A stretch of 60,221 nt of DNA, counting the filler. It is 4 parts of 4 records of this genome, joined end to end, with 100 filler letters (N's around TTAATTAATTAA, not from the genome) between each part and the next. Parts side by side here need not be neighbours in the genome. Positions count along the whole stretch, not along the records: positions 36,523 to 47,840 come from DRR723986_6990; positions 47,941 to 60,221 come from DRR723986_6998; 2 more parts are not named here. One strand, 5' to 3'. Positions 40,507-50,589 of this stretch are shown here, piece after piece (position 1 is the first letter of the stretch; the number at the start of each line of letters is the position of its first letter). Below the pieces are notes generated by a model, which saw only the letters and a program-made list of their open reading frames with translations, ran no database searches and was not told where the DNA came from. A program made the translations under genes and the position numbers.

Positions 40507-41268
40507 ATGACTGCAACCACCGCGAGCCTTCAACCCCGCCGGGGCCGTAACCTGAGCACCGAACTGACCCGTGACCCGGAGCTCATAGAAGCGGCGCAGC
40601 GCCTGCGTTACCGGGTATTCTCCGAGGAGTATGGCAGCGATCTCGGCGCCACAATCCCGGGTATTGATGCCGATGCCTACGATGCGGCATGCGATCACCT
40701 GATCGTCACCGACGCAGACACCGGTGAACTGGTGGCCACCACCCGCATACTTCACCAGGACGATACGGCTTCCGTTGGCGGCTTCTACTCCCGAGGCGAG
40801 TTTGATCTCGCGGCTCTGGAAGCCCTGCCCGGAACACTGGCTGAACTCGGCCGCACCTGCGTGCACCCGGACTACCGCAATGGCGGCACCATCACGCTGC
40901 TGTGGTCAGCGGTGGCGGAGTACCTGGTGCAGCGCAACGTTACCCATCTGATCGGCTGCGCCAGTATCAGCATGGCCGACGGCGGGGCGAAAGCCTGGCA
41001 TGTGGCCCGGCTTCTGCAACAACAGCATCTGTCTGAGCCGCATTGCCGGGTAACGCCAAAGCGCCAACTGCCACATCTTGCCCATCCGGAATCAGAACGC
41101 TCTGTGGACATACCGCCCCTGATCAAGGCGTACATGCGCCTGGGCGCAAGGGTCTGTGGCGAGCCTTGCTGGGATCCTGAATTCCGCTGTGCCGACATGC
41201 TGGTGCTGCTGGAGGTCAGTAACCTGGCCGGCCGCTACAGCCGGCACTTCCTGCGTCGCCCCGCCTGA
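40507..41268 (+). CDS. olsB: Ornithine N-acyltransferase (lyso-ornithine lipid synthase, GNAT)
   Basis: AQRLRYRVF, ELGRTCVHPDYRNG, LIGCAS and PPLIKAYMRLGARVCGEPCWDPEF motifs. Confidence 0.9.
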   Translation: MTATTASLQPRRGRNLSTELTRDPELIEAAQRLRYRVFSEEYGSDLGATIPGIDADAYDAACDHLIVTDADTGELVATTRILHQDDTASVGGFYSRGEFDLAALEALPGTLAELGRTCVHPDYRNGGTITLLWSAVAEYLVQRNVTHLIGCASISMADGGAKAWHVARLLQQQHLSEPHCRVTPKRQLPHLAHPESERSVDIPPLIKAYMRLGARVCGEPCWDPEFRCADMLVLLEVSNLAGRYSRHFLRRPA

Positions 41269-41283
41269 TTCGGAGGATTGCCG

Positions 41284-42102
41284 ATGAGCTGGCTTCGACT
41301 GAGCTTTCGCTTAGCAATGTTTGCAGGCTTCCTTGTCGGAGCCTGCGCGCTGGCGGCTTTGCTCCGGATCTCCGATCTGGCCAGGACCAGACCGGTGGAC
41401 AGGAATCCCTGGGCCACAATCTGTTTTCGGAAGGCATGTCAGTGCCTGGGCTGGCAGGTTCAGGTTTATGGCCAGCCCTGCCCGGAAAACGCCCTGTTTG
41501 TCGCCAACCACATCAGTTGGTCAGACATCCCGGTTCTTGGCAGCATCACGCCCATGCGGTTTCTGTCAAAAGCGGAAGTAGGTCAATGGCCGGTGATCGG
41601 CTGGCTGGCCCGGCAGGCCGGCACGCTGTTCATCAAACGTGGCGGCGGTCAGGCCAGAGCTATCAAAGCCAGTATCGCGCAATGCCTGCAGGCTGGAGAA
41701 TCGGTGATGGTCTATCCAGAGGGAACCACCAGCACCGGGGTAGCCGTATTACCCATGCACGGACTGTTGATGAGCGCCGCCCGGGACAGCAACACGGCCA
41801 TACAGCCAGTGTCCATCGGTTATCGGCGAGAACGGCGCCCTGACTCACTGGCGCCCTTTGTGGGCGATGACAGTTTCCACTGTCATCTGTTCAGGCTGCT
41901 GCGACAGCCACCGGGGCAGATCATCGTAATACTGCATCCGCCCCTTGGACCGGATCCGGATCTATCCCTGAATGAGCTGACCGGGTGCATACACCAGCAG
42001 ATCAGCCAGGGCCTCGCCCGCATTCACTCGGGCGAGTTCGACCAGGTACCCGAACGCCCTCTCAGAACAGCGGGCGACCCTGAGCTACCTCGTCTTCAGT
42101 AG
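41284..42102 (+). CDS. olsA: Lyso-ornithine lipid O-acyltransferase (PlsC family)
   Basis: NHISWSD, FLSKAEV and YPEGTT motifs; 15 bp after olsB. Confidence 0.85.
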   Translation: MSWLRLSFRLAMFAGFLVGACALAALLRISDLARTRPVDRNPWATICFRKACQCLGWQVQVYGQPCPENALFVANHISWSDIPVLGSITPMRFLSKAEVGQWPVIGWLARQAGTLFIKRGGGQARAIKASIAQCLQAGESVMVYPEGTTSTGVAVLPMHGLLMSAARDSNTAIQPVSIGYRRERRPDSLAPFVGDDSFHCHLFRLLRQPPGQIIVILHPPLGPDPDLSLNELTGCIHQQISQGLARIHSGEFDQVPERPLRTAGDPELPRLQ

Positions 42103-42538
42103 CCTCGCGACGACCCACGATTTCCAGATCAAAATAGAGAGTGAAACCGGCCAGAGGGTGATTGGCATCCACTTTGACCAGGTTGCCGTCGATCGCCACC
42201 ACCTGCACCACCTGGGCCTGATCACCGGAGTTAGTCTGGAATTTCATGCCCACATCCAGGTTTTCAACGCCCTCAAAGAGGGAACGGGGCACCTTGCGCA
42301 CCAGGTCCTCGCGGTATTCGCCGTAGGCCATCTCCGGTGGCACGGTCACTTCCAGGCAATCACCTACGTTTCGGTCTTTCACCGCCTCCTGAATGCCGGC
42401 AATGATCTCGGGGCTGCCGTAGATAAAGTGCAGAGGCTCGCTGCCTTCAGACGTATCCACCAGCTCACCGATGCGGTTCTTGAGCACGTAATGGACGGTA
42501 AAAACATCCGGCCGGGTGTTCGGGTTATCGGCTTGCAT
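42062..42538 (-). CDS. FKBP-type peptidyl-prolyl isomerase, SlyD-like
   Basis: VPPEMAYG, GMKFQ and VDANHPLAG motifs. Confidence 0.9.
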   Translation of the reverse strand: MQADNPNTRPDVFTVHYVLKNRIGELVDTSEGSEPLHFIYGSPEIIAGIQEAVKDRNVGDCLEVTVPPEMAYGEYREDLVRKVPRSLFEGVENLDVGMKFQTNSGDQAQVVQVVAIDGNLVKVDANHPLAGFTLYFDLEIVGRREATEDEVAQGRPLF

Positions 42539-44751
42539 CAGCTGTTTTCGCTTCCTGTCTTTGTCGCGGGTTCAAGTTGCTGCAGGCCATGTATCACCAG
42601 TTTGCGATCCAGCTTCTCCCGAATGCCTGAGGGGTTGTTCAACCCCATGCGTTCGAGCAGCACCGCGTACTGGCCAGTATCGTCTTCAGCCCGGATGGCC
42701 TGCCAAAGGGTCGCCAGTTTACCACGGGGAGTGGCGGTTGCGGCTTTCAGTCCTTTAAGGGCTTTCCCCAGGGTCAGCTCCTCATCGGTGAAATCCCGGC
42801 CGAACGGGAACGCCGTGAACCAGTCGCCCTTACCGGGTACAGCCAAAGCCTGGCGAACCGACGCCGGCGTATTGTTCTGCCAGTCCGCAGGCAAGCGGAA
42901 ATCGTCACGGACCTTGCCCGCCTTCTGGGCCTGTTTCAGCAAATCCGCCTGGAAACGGGAATCGGCAATACGGATCAGCGCCAGGAACACATCTTCGTCG
43001 GACCGCCCCCGCAAATCGGCAATGCCGTACTCCGTGATCACAATGTCCCTGAGATGTCTTGGAATGGTGCAATGGGCATAGTTGAATACAATGTTGGACA
43101 CTACCTGCCCACCCGACATGCGGGTGGCTCTGAGAGCCAGGATGGAGCGCGCCCCGGGCAACTCATGGGCCATCGAAACAAAGTTGTACTGCCCCCCCAC
43201 ACCACTGACCACGCGACCATCATCCAGCCCATCTGACACTGCCGCTCCATTGAGGGTGTACATCATCGCAGAGTTGATAAACCGACCGTGCAAACGCTGG
43301 GCGGCTTTGAGCTTCTGATCTCCGAAACGGTGATCGTAAAGGTGGTTGATGAAATTGACACTGGTCATGCAGATCTTGTCACGCTGCTCTGGCGACAGAT
43401 CTCTCAGAGCCTGGTAGAAGGCCTCCGGCCCCACGTAGAAGCCACCGTGCATGGCAATACCACCGGTGAGCCTTGAACCAAGACCCAGGGCCGCCAGCGC
43501 CTCACGGGTCTGATCCTGGCTGAGGTCTGCTTCTACAGCGTGATCTTCACTCAGGCGCAGGCGTCCGCCACGGAATTCCACTGTGTCCCGCAGAATGCCG
43601 TACTGAATCAGCCAGTTGACATCCCGCGCCCGCAATGGCGAGTCGATCAGCCCTTCCAGGACCAGCACATCCAGCATGTCGAGCGACGGCGTCAGGGTAA
43701 TCTCGCCCCGGTTGATCAGAGTCTGCAAACCGGCATGATCAAATACTTCCCGCTTCAGGATGCCCTCCTGCATCAGATACAGGAAGCCATCCACCATCAT
43801 TTCACTACAGCCATACAGGCCGGTCTCGAACGTACCGGTACCGCCGCAGCTGTCAACCACAGGGAACCTGGATCCCACATCCAGGTGGTCATAAACTGCG
43901 CGCCAGGCATCATTGTGCTTGTGGCGCAGAATGGCGTTGTGAACCAGCGAGGCTCCCAGTGAACCGATGCCAACCTGAAGGGTTCCGCCATCCTTCAACA
44001 GGCAGCTGGCGTAGAATCCGATGAGGTGATCAGACGGACTGATGGCCATCTGAGGAGCCGAGAATAACGGATAGTCTGTCGATGGATGACTGAAGAGAAG
44101 ATCAAACTGCTGTTCCTCGACGGCTGCATGATGGCCAAACCAGGGCAGGTACTGATTGATTTCAGCCACCATGGCCACCGGTACGCCCTGCTGTTCACGC
44201 TCCCGCAGCAGCGGCAGGATATCGAGTGACAGGTCCGGGTTACAGCTAAAGCTCACCTGGCCCGGAAAGCCATTGGGCTCGCCTGGGGAAACCATCTGCC
44301 CCACCACATTCACACCCTGCGCCATCAGATCGCGAACGGCATGGGTGTAGTTGGTGCATACATAGTTTCGCTGCTGGTTGCGATTGTTCAGGTAGCTGCC
44401 AGCTTTGAAGAAAAATTCAGACACCTGGACATTGCTTGGCAAGCGGTTATTGGCGACATCACGGGCATAGGCCAGTTCCGGAATATCGCCAAACAGGCGC
44501 TTGGCGAAGGGCCCCATGAAACGTTTTTCCAGTGAAGAACTGCCCTCAGGCGCTAACAGGGAGAGCGCGGTCACAATATGCAGCTCAATGTCCGGATCAA
44601 CCTTGGCACGCTGATAGAGCGCATTCACAAACCTCACCGGCTTGCCAAGACCAAGCGGCAAGCCCAGGGTAATGCGCTTGCCAACCCGTTCAATTACCCG
44701 ATCAACACACCGTTCTGCGTCGTCGCAATAGACTCCGTTCTCTGCTGCCAT
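42538..44751 (-). CDS. Acetyl-CoA hydrolase/transferase family protein
   Basis: DGGTLQVGIGSL, VSGVGGQYNF and VITEYGIADLRG motifs; start chosen after a GAGGAG RBS. Confidence 0.85.
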   Translation of the reverse strand: MAAENGVYCDDAERCVDRVIERVGKRITLGLPLGLGKPVRFVNALYQRAKVDPDIELHIVTALSLLAPEGSSSLEKRFMGPFAKRLFGDIPELAYARDVANNRLPSNVQVSEFFFKAGSYLNNRNQQRNYVCTNYTHAVRDLMAQGVNVVGQMVSPGEPNGFPGQVSFSCNPDLSLDILPLLREREQQGVPVAMVAEINQYLPWFGHHAAVEEQQFDLLFSHPSTDYPLFSAPQMAISPSDHLIGFYASCLLKDGGTLQVGIGSLGASLVHNAILRHKHNDAWRAVYDHLDVGSRFPVVDSCGGTGTFETGLYGCSEMMVDGFLYLMQEGILKREVFDHAGLQTLINRGEITLTPSLDMLDVLVLEGLIDSPLRARDVNWLIQYGILRDTVEFRGGRLRLSEDHAVEADLSQDQTREALAALGLGSRLTGGIAMHGGFYVGPEAFYQALRDLSPEQRDKICMTSVNFINHLYDHRFGDQKLKAAQRLHGRFINSAMMYTLNGAAVSDGLDDGRVVSGVGGQYNFVSMAHELPGARSILALRATRMSGGQVVSNIVFNYAHCTIPRHLRDIVITEYGIADLRGRSDEDVFLALIRIADSRFQADLLKQAQKAGKVRDDFRLPADWQNNTPASVRQALAVPGKGDWFTAFPFGRDFTDEELTLGKALKGLKAATATPRGKLATLWQAIRAEDDTGQYAVLLERMGLNNPSGIREKLDRKLVIHGLQQLEPATKTGSENS

Positions 44752-44891
44752 TACCGGCTCCTCGTCACTTGAGAATCTCAATTAAGGTGGATGATCACAC
44801 GGCAGATTCAAGCTGACAATGCGTCAGGTCATGACATTTTGACAAAGCGGAAGGTCGGGAGAAAGATGGCGGGCACGCCAAGGAACAGCGG

Positions 44892-45245
44892 TCAGAACTT
44901 CCAGCGCAGGTTCAGGCAGGCACCTTCGTTAAACAGGGCGATGCCGTGGTCAGGCTGAGCCGGATCGGAAGCATAGGTCTTTTCAGCAGTGCGGGAGCGG
45001 CTGAGGCTCAGGCTGAGCAGACGGGAGCCGATAGCGGTAAGTGCATCGCTGCGGTCGTCTTCATAATCGCCGGACATCCATTCCTGAAGTTCGTAAACAT
45101 CCTCCGCCGTCGTCATTTCGTCGCGCTCGGCCATCATGCGCTCGGAAAGCATCGGTTCCGACAACATGGGCTGCGCAGCGTCAGCCCGCATCGCAAAGGC
45201 GACGCTATTCAGGGCTAGAAGGACGACGAACAGGCGAAGAATCAT
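44892..45245 (-). CDS. Small secreted hypothetical protein with C-terminal aromatic beta-signal-like tail
   Basis: Signal peptide MILRLFVVLLALNSVAFA; ends CLNLRWKF. Confidence 0.6.
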   Translation of the reverse strand: MILRLFVVLLALNSVAFAMRADAAQPMLSEPMLSERMMAERDEMTTAEDVYELQEWMSGDYEDDRSDALTAIGSRLLSLSLSRSRTAEKTYASDPAQPDHGIALFNEGACLNLRWKF

Positions 45246-45478
45246 GGCAACAGGAAATCCGGTATCGACATTGGCTTTATTTAATTCACAGTACCAAAGT
45301 CTAATGATTGCGACGAAGATTGGTGTGATTTTGCACACAATTTCGCCAGCGTTCCGTCGCCTGGCACCAGCTTTTTTGTCAATAAATGATCACTTATATT
45401 GCAGTATGTAACGATCCTGCCGCTGGTCGGAGCGGCAGGATCGCACCTGGCTACTGCAAGCCCTTATGCATACAGTCT

Positions 45479-46516
45479 TCAAGGGCAGGGATAGGTGAAC
45501 TCGGCATGGATCGCCTCGATGGCGGACACGAGGTCGGGGCTCAGAGTCACACTGGCTGCCCCGATGTTCTCCCTGAGCTGCTCCATGGTGGTTGCGCCAA
45601 TGATGTTACTGGTTACGAACTCCCGACTGTTCACCCAGGCCAGTGCCAGTTGGGCCGGCGTGAGACCATGCTGGTGAGCCAGCTCAACATAGGCCCTCGT
45701 GGCGTCCGCCGCCCGGTCATTGGTATAGCGACTGAACCGCTCGTACAGAGTCAGCCGGGCCTTTTCCGGCCATTTTCCCCCCAGGTATTTGCCGGTCAGC
45801 ATGCCAAAGGCCAGTGGTGAATAGGCCAGCAGGCCGGTGCCTTCACGATGGGCGAACTCCGCCAGGCCTGCTTCAAAGGAACGGTTCAACAGGTTGTAGG
45901 GGTTCTGGATAGAGACCACCCGGGGCCAGCCACGCTGCTCCGCCAGGCGCAGGTACTGCATCGTGCCCCACGGTGTCTCGTTGGAAAGCCCGATGTGTCT
46001 GACCTTTCCTTCACGCACCAGTTCATCCAGCGCTTCCAGTGTTTCCTCAATGGGCGTCATCTGCTCATCGGGATTGCGGTCATAACCAAGCTTGCCAAAA
46101 AAATTGGCGCTCCGGTCCGGCCAGTGCACCTGATAAAGATCGATGTAATCCGTCTGCAGGCGCTTAAGGCTGCCCTCACAGGCAGAGCGGATATGCTCCC
46201 GGGTCAGCCTCGGGCCACCGCGCAAATACCCGAGGCCATTACCCGGCCCGGCCACCTTGCTGGCGATCACCAGGTCATCACGCTGGCTACGGCGGGCCAG
46301 CCAGTTGCCCAGATACTGCTCGGTCAGGCCCTGGGTTTCTGCCCTGGGTGGCACTGGATACATTTCAGCGGCGTCGATGAAATTGATGCCCTGCTCCATG
46401 GCATAGTCGAGCTGCTGAAAGGCTTCCTGCTCGCTGTTCTGCTCGCCCCAGGTCATGGTTCCCAGGCAGATCAGGCTGACCTCGATATCTGTAAAGCCAA
46501 GTTTTCGCGTTTGCAT
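45479..46516 (-). CDS. tas: NADP(H)-dependent aldo-keto reductase, Tas-like
   Basis: LGTMTWGEQN, DAAEMYPVPP, DLYQVHWP, GLSNETPWG and IQNPYNLL motifs. Confidence 0.92.
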   Translation of the reverse strand: MQTRKLGFTDIEVSLICLGTMTWGEQNSEQEAFQQLDYAMEQGINFIDAAEMYPVPPRAETQGLTEQYLGNWLARRSQRDDLVIASKVAGPGNGLGYLRGGPRLTREHIRSACEGSLKRLQTDYIDLYQVHWPDRSANFFGKLGYDRNPDEQMTPIEETLEALDELVREGKVRHIGLSNETPWGTMQYLRLAEQRGWPRVVSIQNPYNLLNRSFEAGLAEFAHREGTGLLAYSPLAFGMLTGKYLGGKWPEKARLTLYERFSRYTNDRAADATRAYVELAHQHGLTPAQLALAWVNSREFVTSNIIGATTMEQLRENIGAASVTLSPDLVSAIEAIHAEFTYPCP

Positions 46517-46569
46517 GGAATCTCCTTGCAATAGGTCGATAAGAGACGGGGTATAAACACGTAAACGGA

Positions 46570-46598
46570 ATGTCACGGAGTTGTCGCATTTCTGTCAT
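46570..46598 (+). promoter_or_regulatory. Pho box (three half-sites)
   Basis: ATGTCAC-ggag-TTGTCGC-attt-CTGTCAT with an 11-bp period, upstream of the GT4 gene. Confidence 0.7.
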
Positions 46599-46620
46599 GA
46601 CGTCTTTCCATAGTAAAGGC

Positions 46621-47840
46621 ATGACAGCAGAACCTTCAGGAACCCCCGTGACCGAAGCCCAGTTGACCGAACGGCGACCGCAACACATTACCATTGTTTC
46701 CGAGACGTTTCCGCCGGAAATCAATGGTGTTGCCAACACCATGCGGCACCTGTGTCAGGGGCTGATGCAACGGGGCCACCATGTAACCGTGGTGCGCCCC
46801 CGGCAGCCCCACGAACAGAAAGGACTGTTTGAGAGTACCGGGAGCGGGTTGTTTTCCACCGAACTGGTGGTTAATGGCTTGCCTCTTCCCGGCTACGCAG
46901 ATCTGCGCTTCGGTACCGCCCGCCCCTCGAGCCTGAAAAAGCTCTGGCAGAAACAGCGGCCCGACGGCATCTATGTGGCAACCCAGGGGCCACTCGGCGT
47001 GGCGGCCGTGAACGCGGCTCGCAGCCTCGCCCTGCCTGTCAGTTCCGGGTTCCATACCAACTTCCATCAGTACTCTCGCTATTACGGAGCGGGCCTGCTC
47101 GAACGGTTACTGTGTGCCTACGGTCGCTGGTTCCATAACAGAACAGCCATCACCCTGGTGCCTACCGGTCGCATGCAGCGGGTGACCCGGGACATGGGGA
47201 TCACCTGCACCGGCCTCTGGAGCCGGGGCGTGGATTGCCAGCGCTTCACCCCCCACAAACGCGACCAATCCCTGCGTCGGCAATGGGGGCTGCACGACAA
47301 CGAACGTGCCGTACTCTATGTCGGGCGCCTGGCTGCGGAAAAAAACCTGCGCATGGCTGTTGCCTGCTTCGAGCGTATCCGCGGCCTGCATCCTAATGCC
47401 CGCTTCGTGCTGGTAGGGGATGGCCCCATGCGCCGCTCCCTGGAAGACCGGCACCCGGACTACATATTCTGTGGCACACGACGGGGCGAAGATCTGGCCC
47501 GGCACTATGCCTCCGGTGACCTGTTCCTGTTTCCCAGTAAAACCGACACCTTCGGCAACGTGGTGCTGGAAGCCATGGCCAGCGGACTGGGCATCGTCGC
47601 CTTCGACGATGCTGCAGCCGCAGAACATATCCGACATGACGAAAACGGCATGAAGGCTGAACTGACAGACGACGAAGCCTTCGTCAATCACGCCCTGAGA
47701 CTGGCCGACCAGCCCTCATTGTTGAACCGAGTCCGCGCCCAGGCTCGCCTGGACGCTCTTGAATTGAATTGGAGCAGCCAGATCGACCAGTTTGAACAGC
47801 TGGTTTTAAACCAAACTGCACAGGCCCGATACCATGGCAT
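46621..47840 (+). CDS. GT4 glycosyltransferase, Agt/SQD2-like glycolipid synthase candidate (3' end at contig edge)
   Basis: ETFPPEINGVA, FHTNFHQY, YVGRLAAEKN and DTFGNVVLEAMASG motifs; alternative GTG start at 46648 behind AGGA. Confidence 0.85.
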
Positions 47841-47940
47841 NNNNNNNNNNNNNNNNNNNNNNNNNNNNNNNNNNNNNNNNNNNNTTAATTAATTAANNNN
47901 NNNNNNNNNNNNNNNNNNNNNNNNNNNNNNNNNNNNNNNN
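47841..47940. other. Artificial contig spacer
   Basis: 44 N + TTAATTAATTAA + 44 N. Confidence 0.99.
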
Positions 47941-49054
47941 CCCAGCGGCGCATCTGGGTCAGGTACCAGACGGCGTCGGAATAGTAGGGATAGGTGGCGA
48001 AGTAGCGGTAGAAGACGTTGAAGTCGGGAACGTCTCGCTTGTCGCCCTTCTCATATTCGAAGGTGCCGGTCATGGAGTTGGCGATCACTTCAGCGTCCGC
48101 ACCGACATACTCCGAGCGGGACAGGATCTCGACGGCTTCCATACGATTGGCGTTGTCGTTCTCGTCCAGCCACTTGGCCGCGCGGATCAACGCCTTGGTA
48201 AGCGCAAGCGTGGTGTTAGGATATTCTTCGGTAAATTCCTGCGTCAGACCGAAGACCTTCTCCGGATTGTTCTTCCAGATCTCGTAATCGGTGATGACCG
48301 GAACGCCGATCCCCTTGAAGACTGCCTGCTGGTTCCAGGGTTCGCCGACGCAATAGCCATAGATGGTGCCTGCTTCCAGCGTTGAAGGCATCTGCGGAGG
48401 CGGAGTGACCGACAGCAGAGCGTCTGCCTGGATCTGGCCGGAGATATCCGAACTGGAATAGAAGCCCGGGTTGATATCACCGGATGCCAGCCAGTAGCGC
48501 AGTTCGTAGTTATGGGTGGAGACGGGGAAGACCATGCCCATGTTGAACGGCTTGCCTTCGGACTTGAACTTGTCGACGACCGGCTTCAAGGCGGTTGCCT
48601 TGATCGGGTGAACCGGCTTGCCGTCGTCCTGCATTTCCAGGTGCGGCTTCATCATCTCGAAGATCTCGTTGGAAACGGTGATGCCGTTGCCGTTGAGATC
48701 CATGGAGAACGGCGTCACGATGTGTGCCTTCGTGCCGAAACCGATGGTGGCCGCCAGCGGCTGTCCGGCCAGCATGTGCGCCCCATCCAGTTCGCCCGTG
48801 ATGACCCGGTCGAGCAGAACCTTCCAGTTGGCCTGCGGCTCCAGGGTTACGAAAAGGCCTTCTTCCTCGAAATAGCCGAGCTCATAGGCAACCGCGAGCG
48901 GAGCCATGTCCGTCAGCTTGATGAAGCCGAAGGTGAGTTCGTCCTTTTCGACATCCAGCATCTCGGCATAGGCGCTGGAAGCGGACACAAGTGCCGTGGC
49001 TGCCATCAGGGCGCCAAATGCGGTCCGGCGGGTGATATTCAGGGTCTTTTTCAT
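47941..49054 (-). CDS. nrtA: Nitrate/nitrite ABC transporter substrate-binding protein (3' truncated)
   Basis: Tat-like [40 protein letters not shown] and PEKV motifs. Confidence 0.92.
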
Positions 49055-49111
49055 TGTCGCGTCCTGTCCCTCGTTCGTCCTGCGCCCTCTTCAGCCGAGC
49101 ACAGGAGCAAT

Positions 49112-49225
49112 AAAAAAGCCGCCGACCGAACCGCATGACGGGAGGAATTCCCATGCGGTTCAGATCGGCGGCTTTGCCTGTGCACCCGGCAGTGGGTGCG
49201 ATATCTGGTAGGCCAGCGTCGGCCT
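49112..49225 (-). promoter_or_regulatory. ANTAR (NasT) antitermination leader: hexaloop hairpins plus intrinsic terminator
   Basis: Hairpins AGGCC-GACGCT-GGCCT, GCACCC-ACTGCC-GGGTGC and GGC-AAAGCC-GCC; the last overlaps the 5' arm of a long terminator ending GGCGGCTTTTTT. Confidence 0.85.
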
Positions 49226-49237
49226 CACCTGCTTAAA

Positions 49238-49254
49238 AGCACGAACTGTGCCAA
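49238..49254 (-). promoter_or_regulatory. Sigma54 -24/-12 promoter
   Basis: TTGGCAC-AGTTC-GTGCT with correct GG-N10-GC spacing, just upstream of the leader. Confidence 0.8.
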
Positions 49255-49419
49255 TTTGAAAAAATTGGCTTTTCTCTTTATTTACAGATACTTACTCTTT
49301 GTAAAAATTTTGACCATATGCTCAAGCTGCATATTTGATCATCGAAGCTTGCAGGCAACTGAACGAATTTTGTGCAACGCAACCAGACTGCCGCGGCGCC
49401 AAACGTGCTGTCTCGGAAG

Positions 49420-50529
49420 TCAAAAACGGGCGCCGTCAAACATTTCGATGGTCATGTCTGTCGCTTCTCCGGTCAGCTCCAGAGCCTCCAGATAAGCGGT
49501 CGGAGAAAAGACCTTTTCAACTTCGCTTTCCGCCTCTCGCGAACGCTCCACTTGCCCCCAGCGAACCATCTGCTCGTAGAACCATTTGCCGTGAACCGGC
49601 ATTGGCGCCGCCTTGAGCCCACCCGAGAAGGTCAGGAAGTCCGGAACGTCCTTCACCGAGACCGGGCCCAGCCTGATGCGGCCCGATAGCGCTGCAAGGC
49701 AGATTTCAGCGGGGCAAGCCAGAAGGTCCGGCCTTGCGAGCATGTCGGCCAGCTCGGCATTGTTCTTCGGATCGGCGCACCAGTCGGCGGCTGCCGAAAA
49801 GGCACGCATCAGCGCGGCCAGCGTTTCCGAGTTGGCTTCGGCCCATTTGCGCGTCACGCCCAGCACTTTTTCCGGACTGTCCGGCCAGATGGCCTGTTTG
49901 TAGGTTGCAATGCGCCCCGTTCCCGCGTCGACCGCAGCCGTGTTCCAGGGTTCGCCAACGCAATATCCATCGAGCTGGCCGGCGGCCAGGGCATCCGCCA
50001 TGACCTGCGGCGCCAGTACGGTAATCTCGACATCCCGGTCCGGATCAATTCCGGCGGCGGCGAGCCAATAGCGCAATTCATAGGCATGGCCTGAAAACGG
50101 GTGCACAACCCCGAAATGAAGCAGCGGCGCATCCGCCTCCTGCTGGTTGGCAATCACCCGCGCGAGCGCCGCACCGGTCGACGTCGGGTCGCCTTCCGGA
50201 TCGGCTCCGACAGCCGACATGTCCGCCCAGAGTGCGTTGGAAACCGTAATTGCGTTGCCACCTAGCCCCAGAAGCATGGGCGCCAGCATGGGCACGGCAA
50301 GACTGGTCAGGTTGAGGCTGGATGCAATCGGCATCGGGGCGAGCATATGCGCCACGTCAAAATGACCGACCGAAATTCTGTCTCGAATATTGGCCCAGGA
50401 TGTTTCGCGGATAAGCTTAAGCGCGATGCCTTCCTGCTCGGCAAAACCGAGTTCGGCAGCCGCCACGACAACGGCACTGTCCAGAAGCGGAATAAAACCC
50501 GCAATGACAGGCTTCAAATTCGTATCCAT
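49420..50529 (-). CDS. nasS: Cytoplasmic nitrate sensor NasS
   Basis: NrtA-like ([36 protein letters not shown]) but no signal peptide; follows nasT. Confidence 0.88.
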   Translation of the reverse strand: MDTNLKPVIAGFIPLLDSAVVVAAAELGFAEQEGIALKLIRETSWANIRDRISVGHFDVAHMLAPMPIASSLNLTSLAVPMLAPMLLGLGGNAITVSNALWADMSAVGADPEGDPTSTGAALARVIANQQEADAPLLHFGVVHPFSGHAYELRYWLAAAGIDPDRDVEITVLAPQVMADALAAGQLDGYCVGEPWNTAAVDAGTGRIATYKQAIWPDSPEKVLGVTRKWAEANSETLAALMRAFSAAADWCADPKNNAELADMLARPDLLACPAEICLAALSGRIRLGPVSVKDVPDFLTFSGGLKAAPMPVHGKWFYEQMVRWGQVERSREAESEVEKVFSPTAYLEALELTGEATDMTIEMFDGARF

Positions 50530-50589
50530 GATCCTCCAGTCCCCTGGTTGGCCGCTTCTCCCCACTCGGTGTCTTTTGTTGTCATCGCG

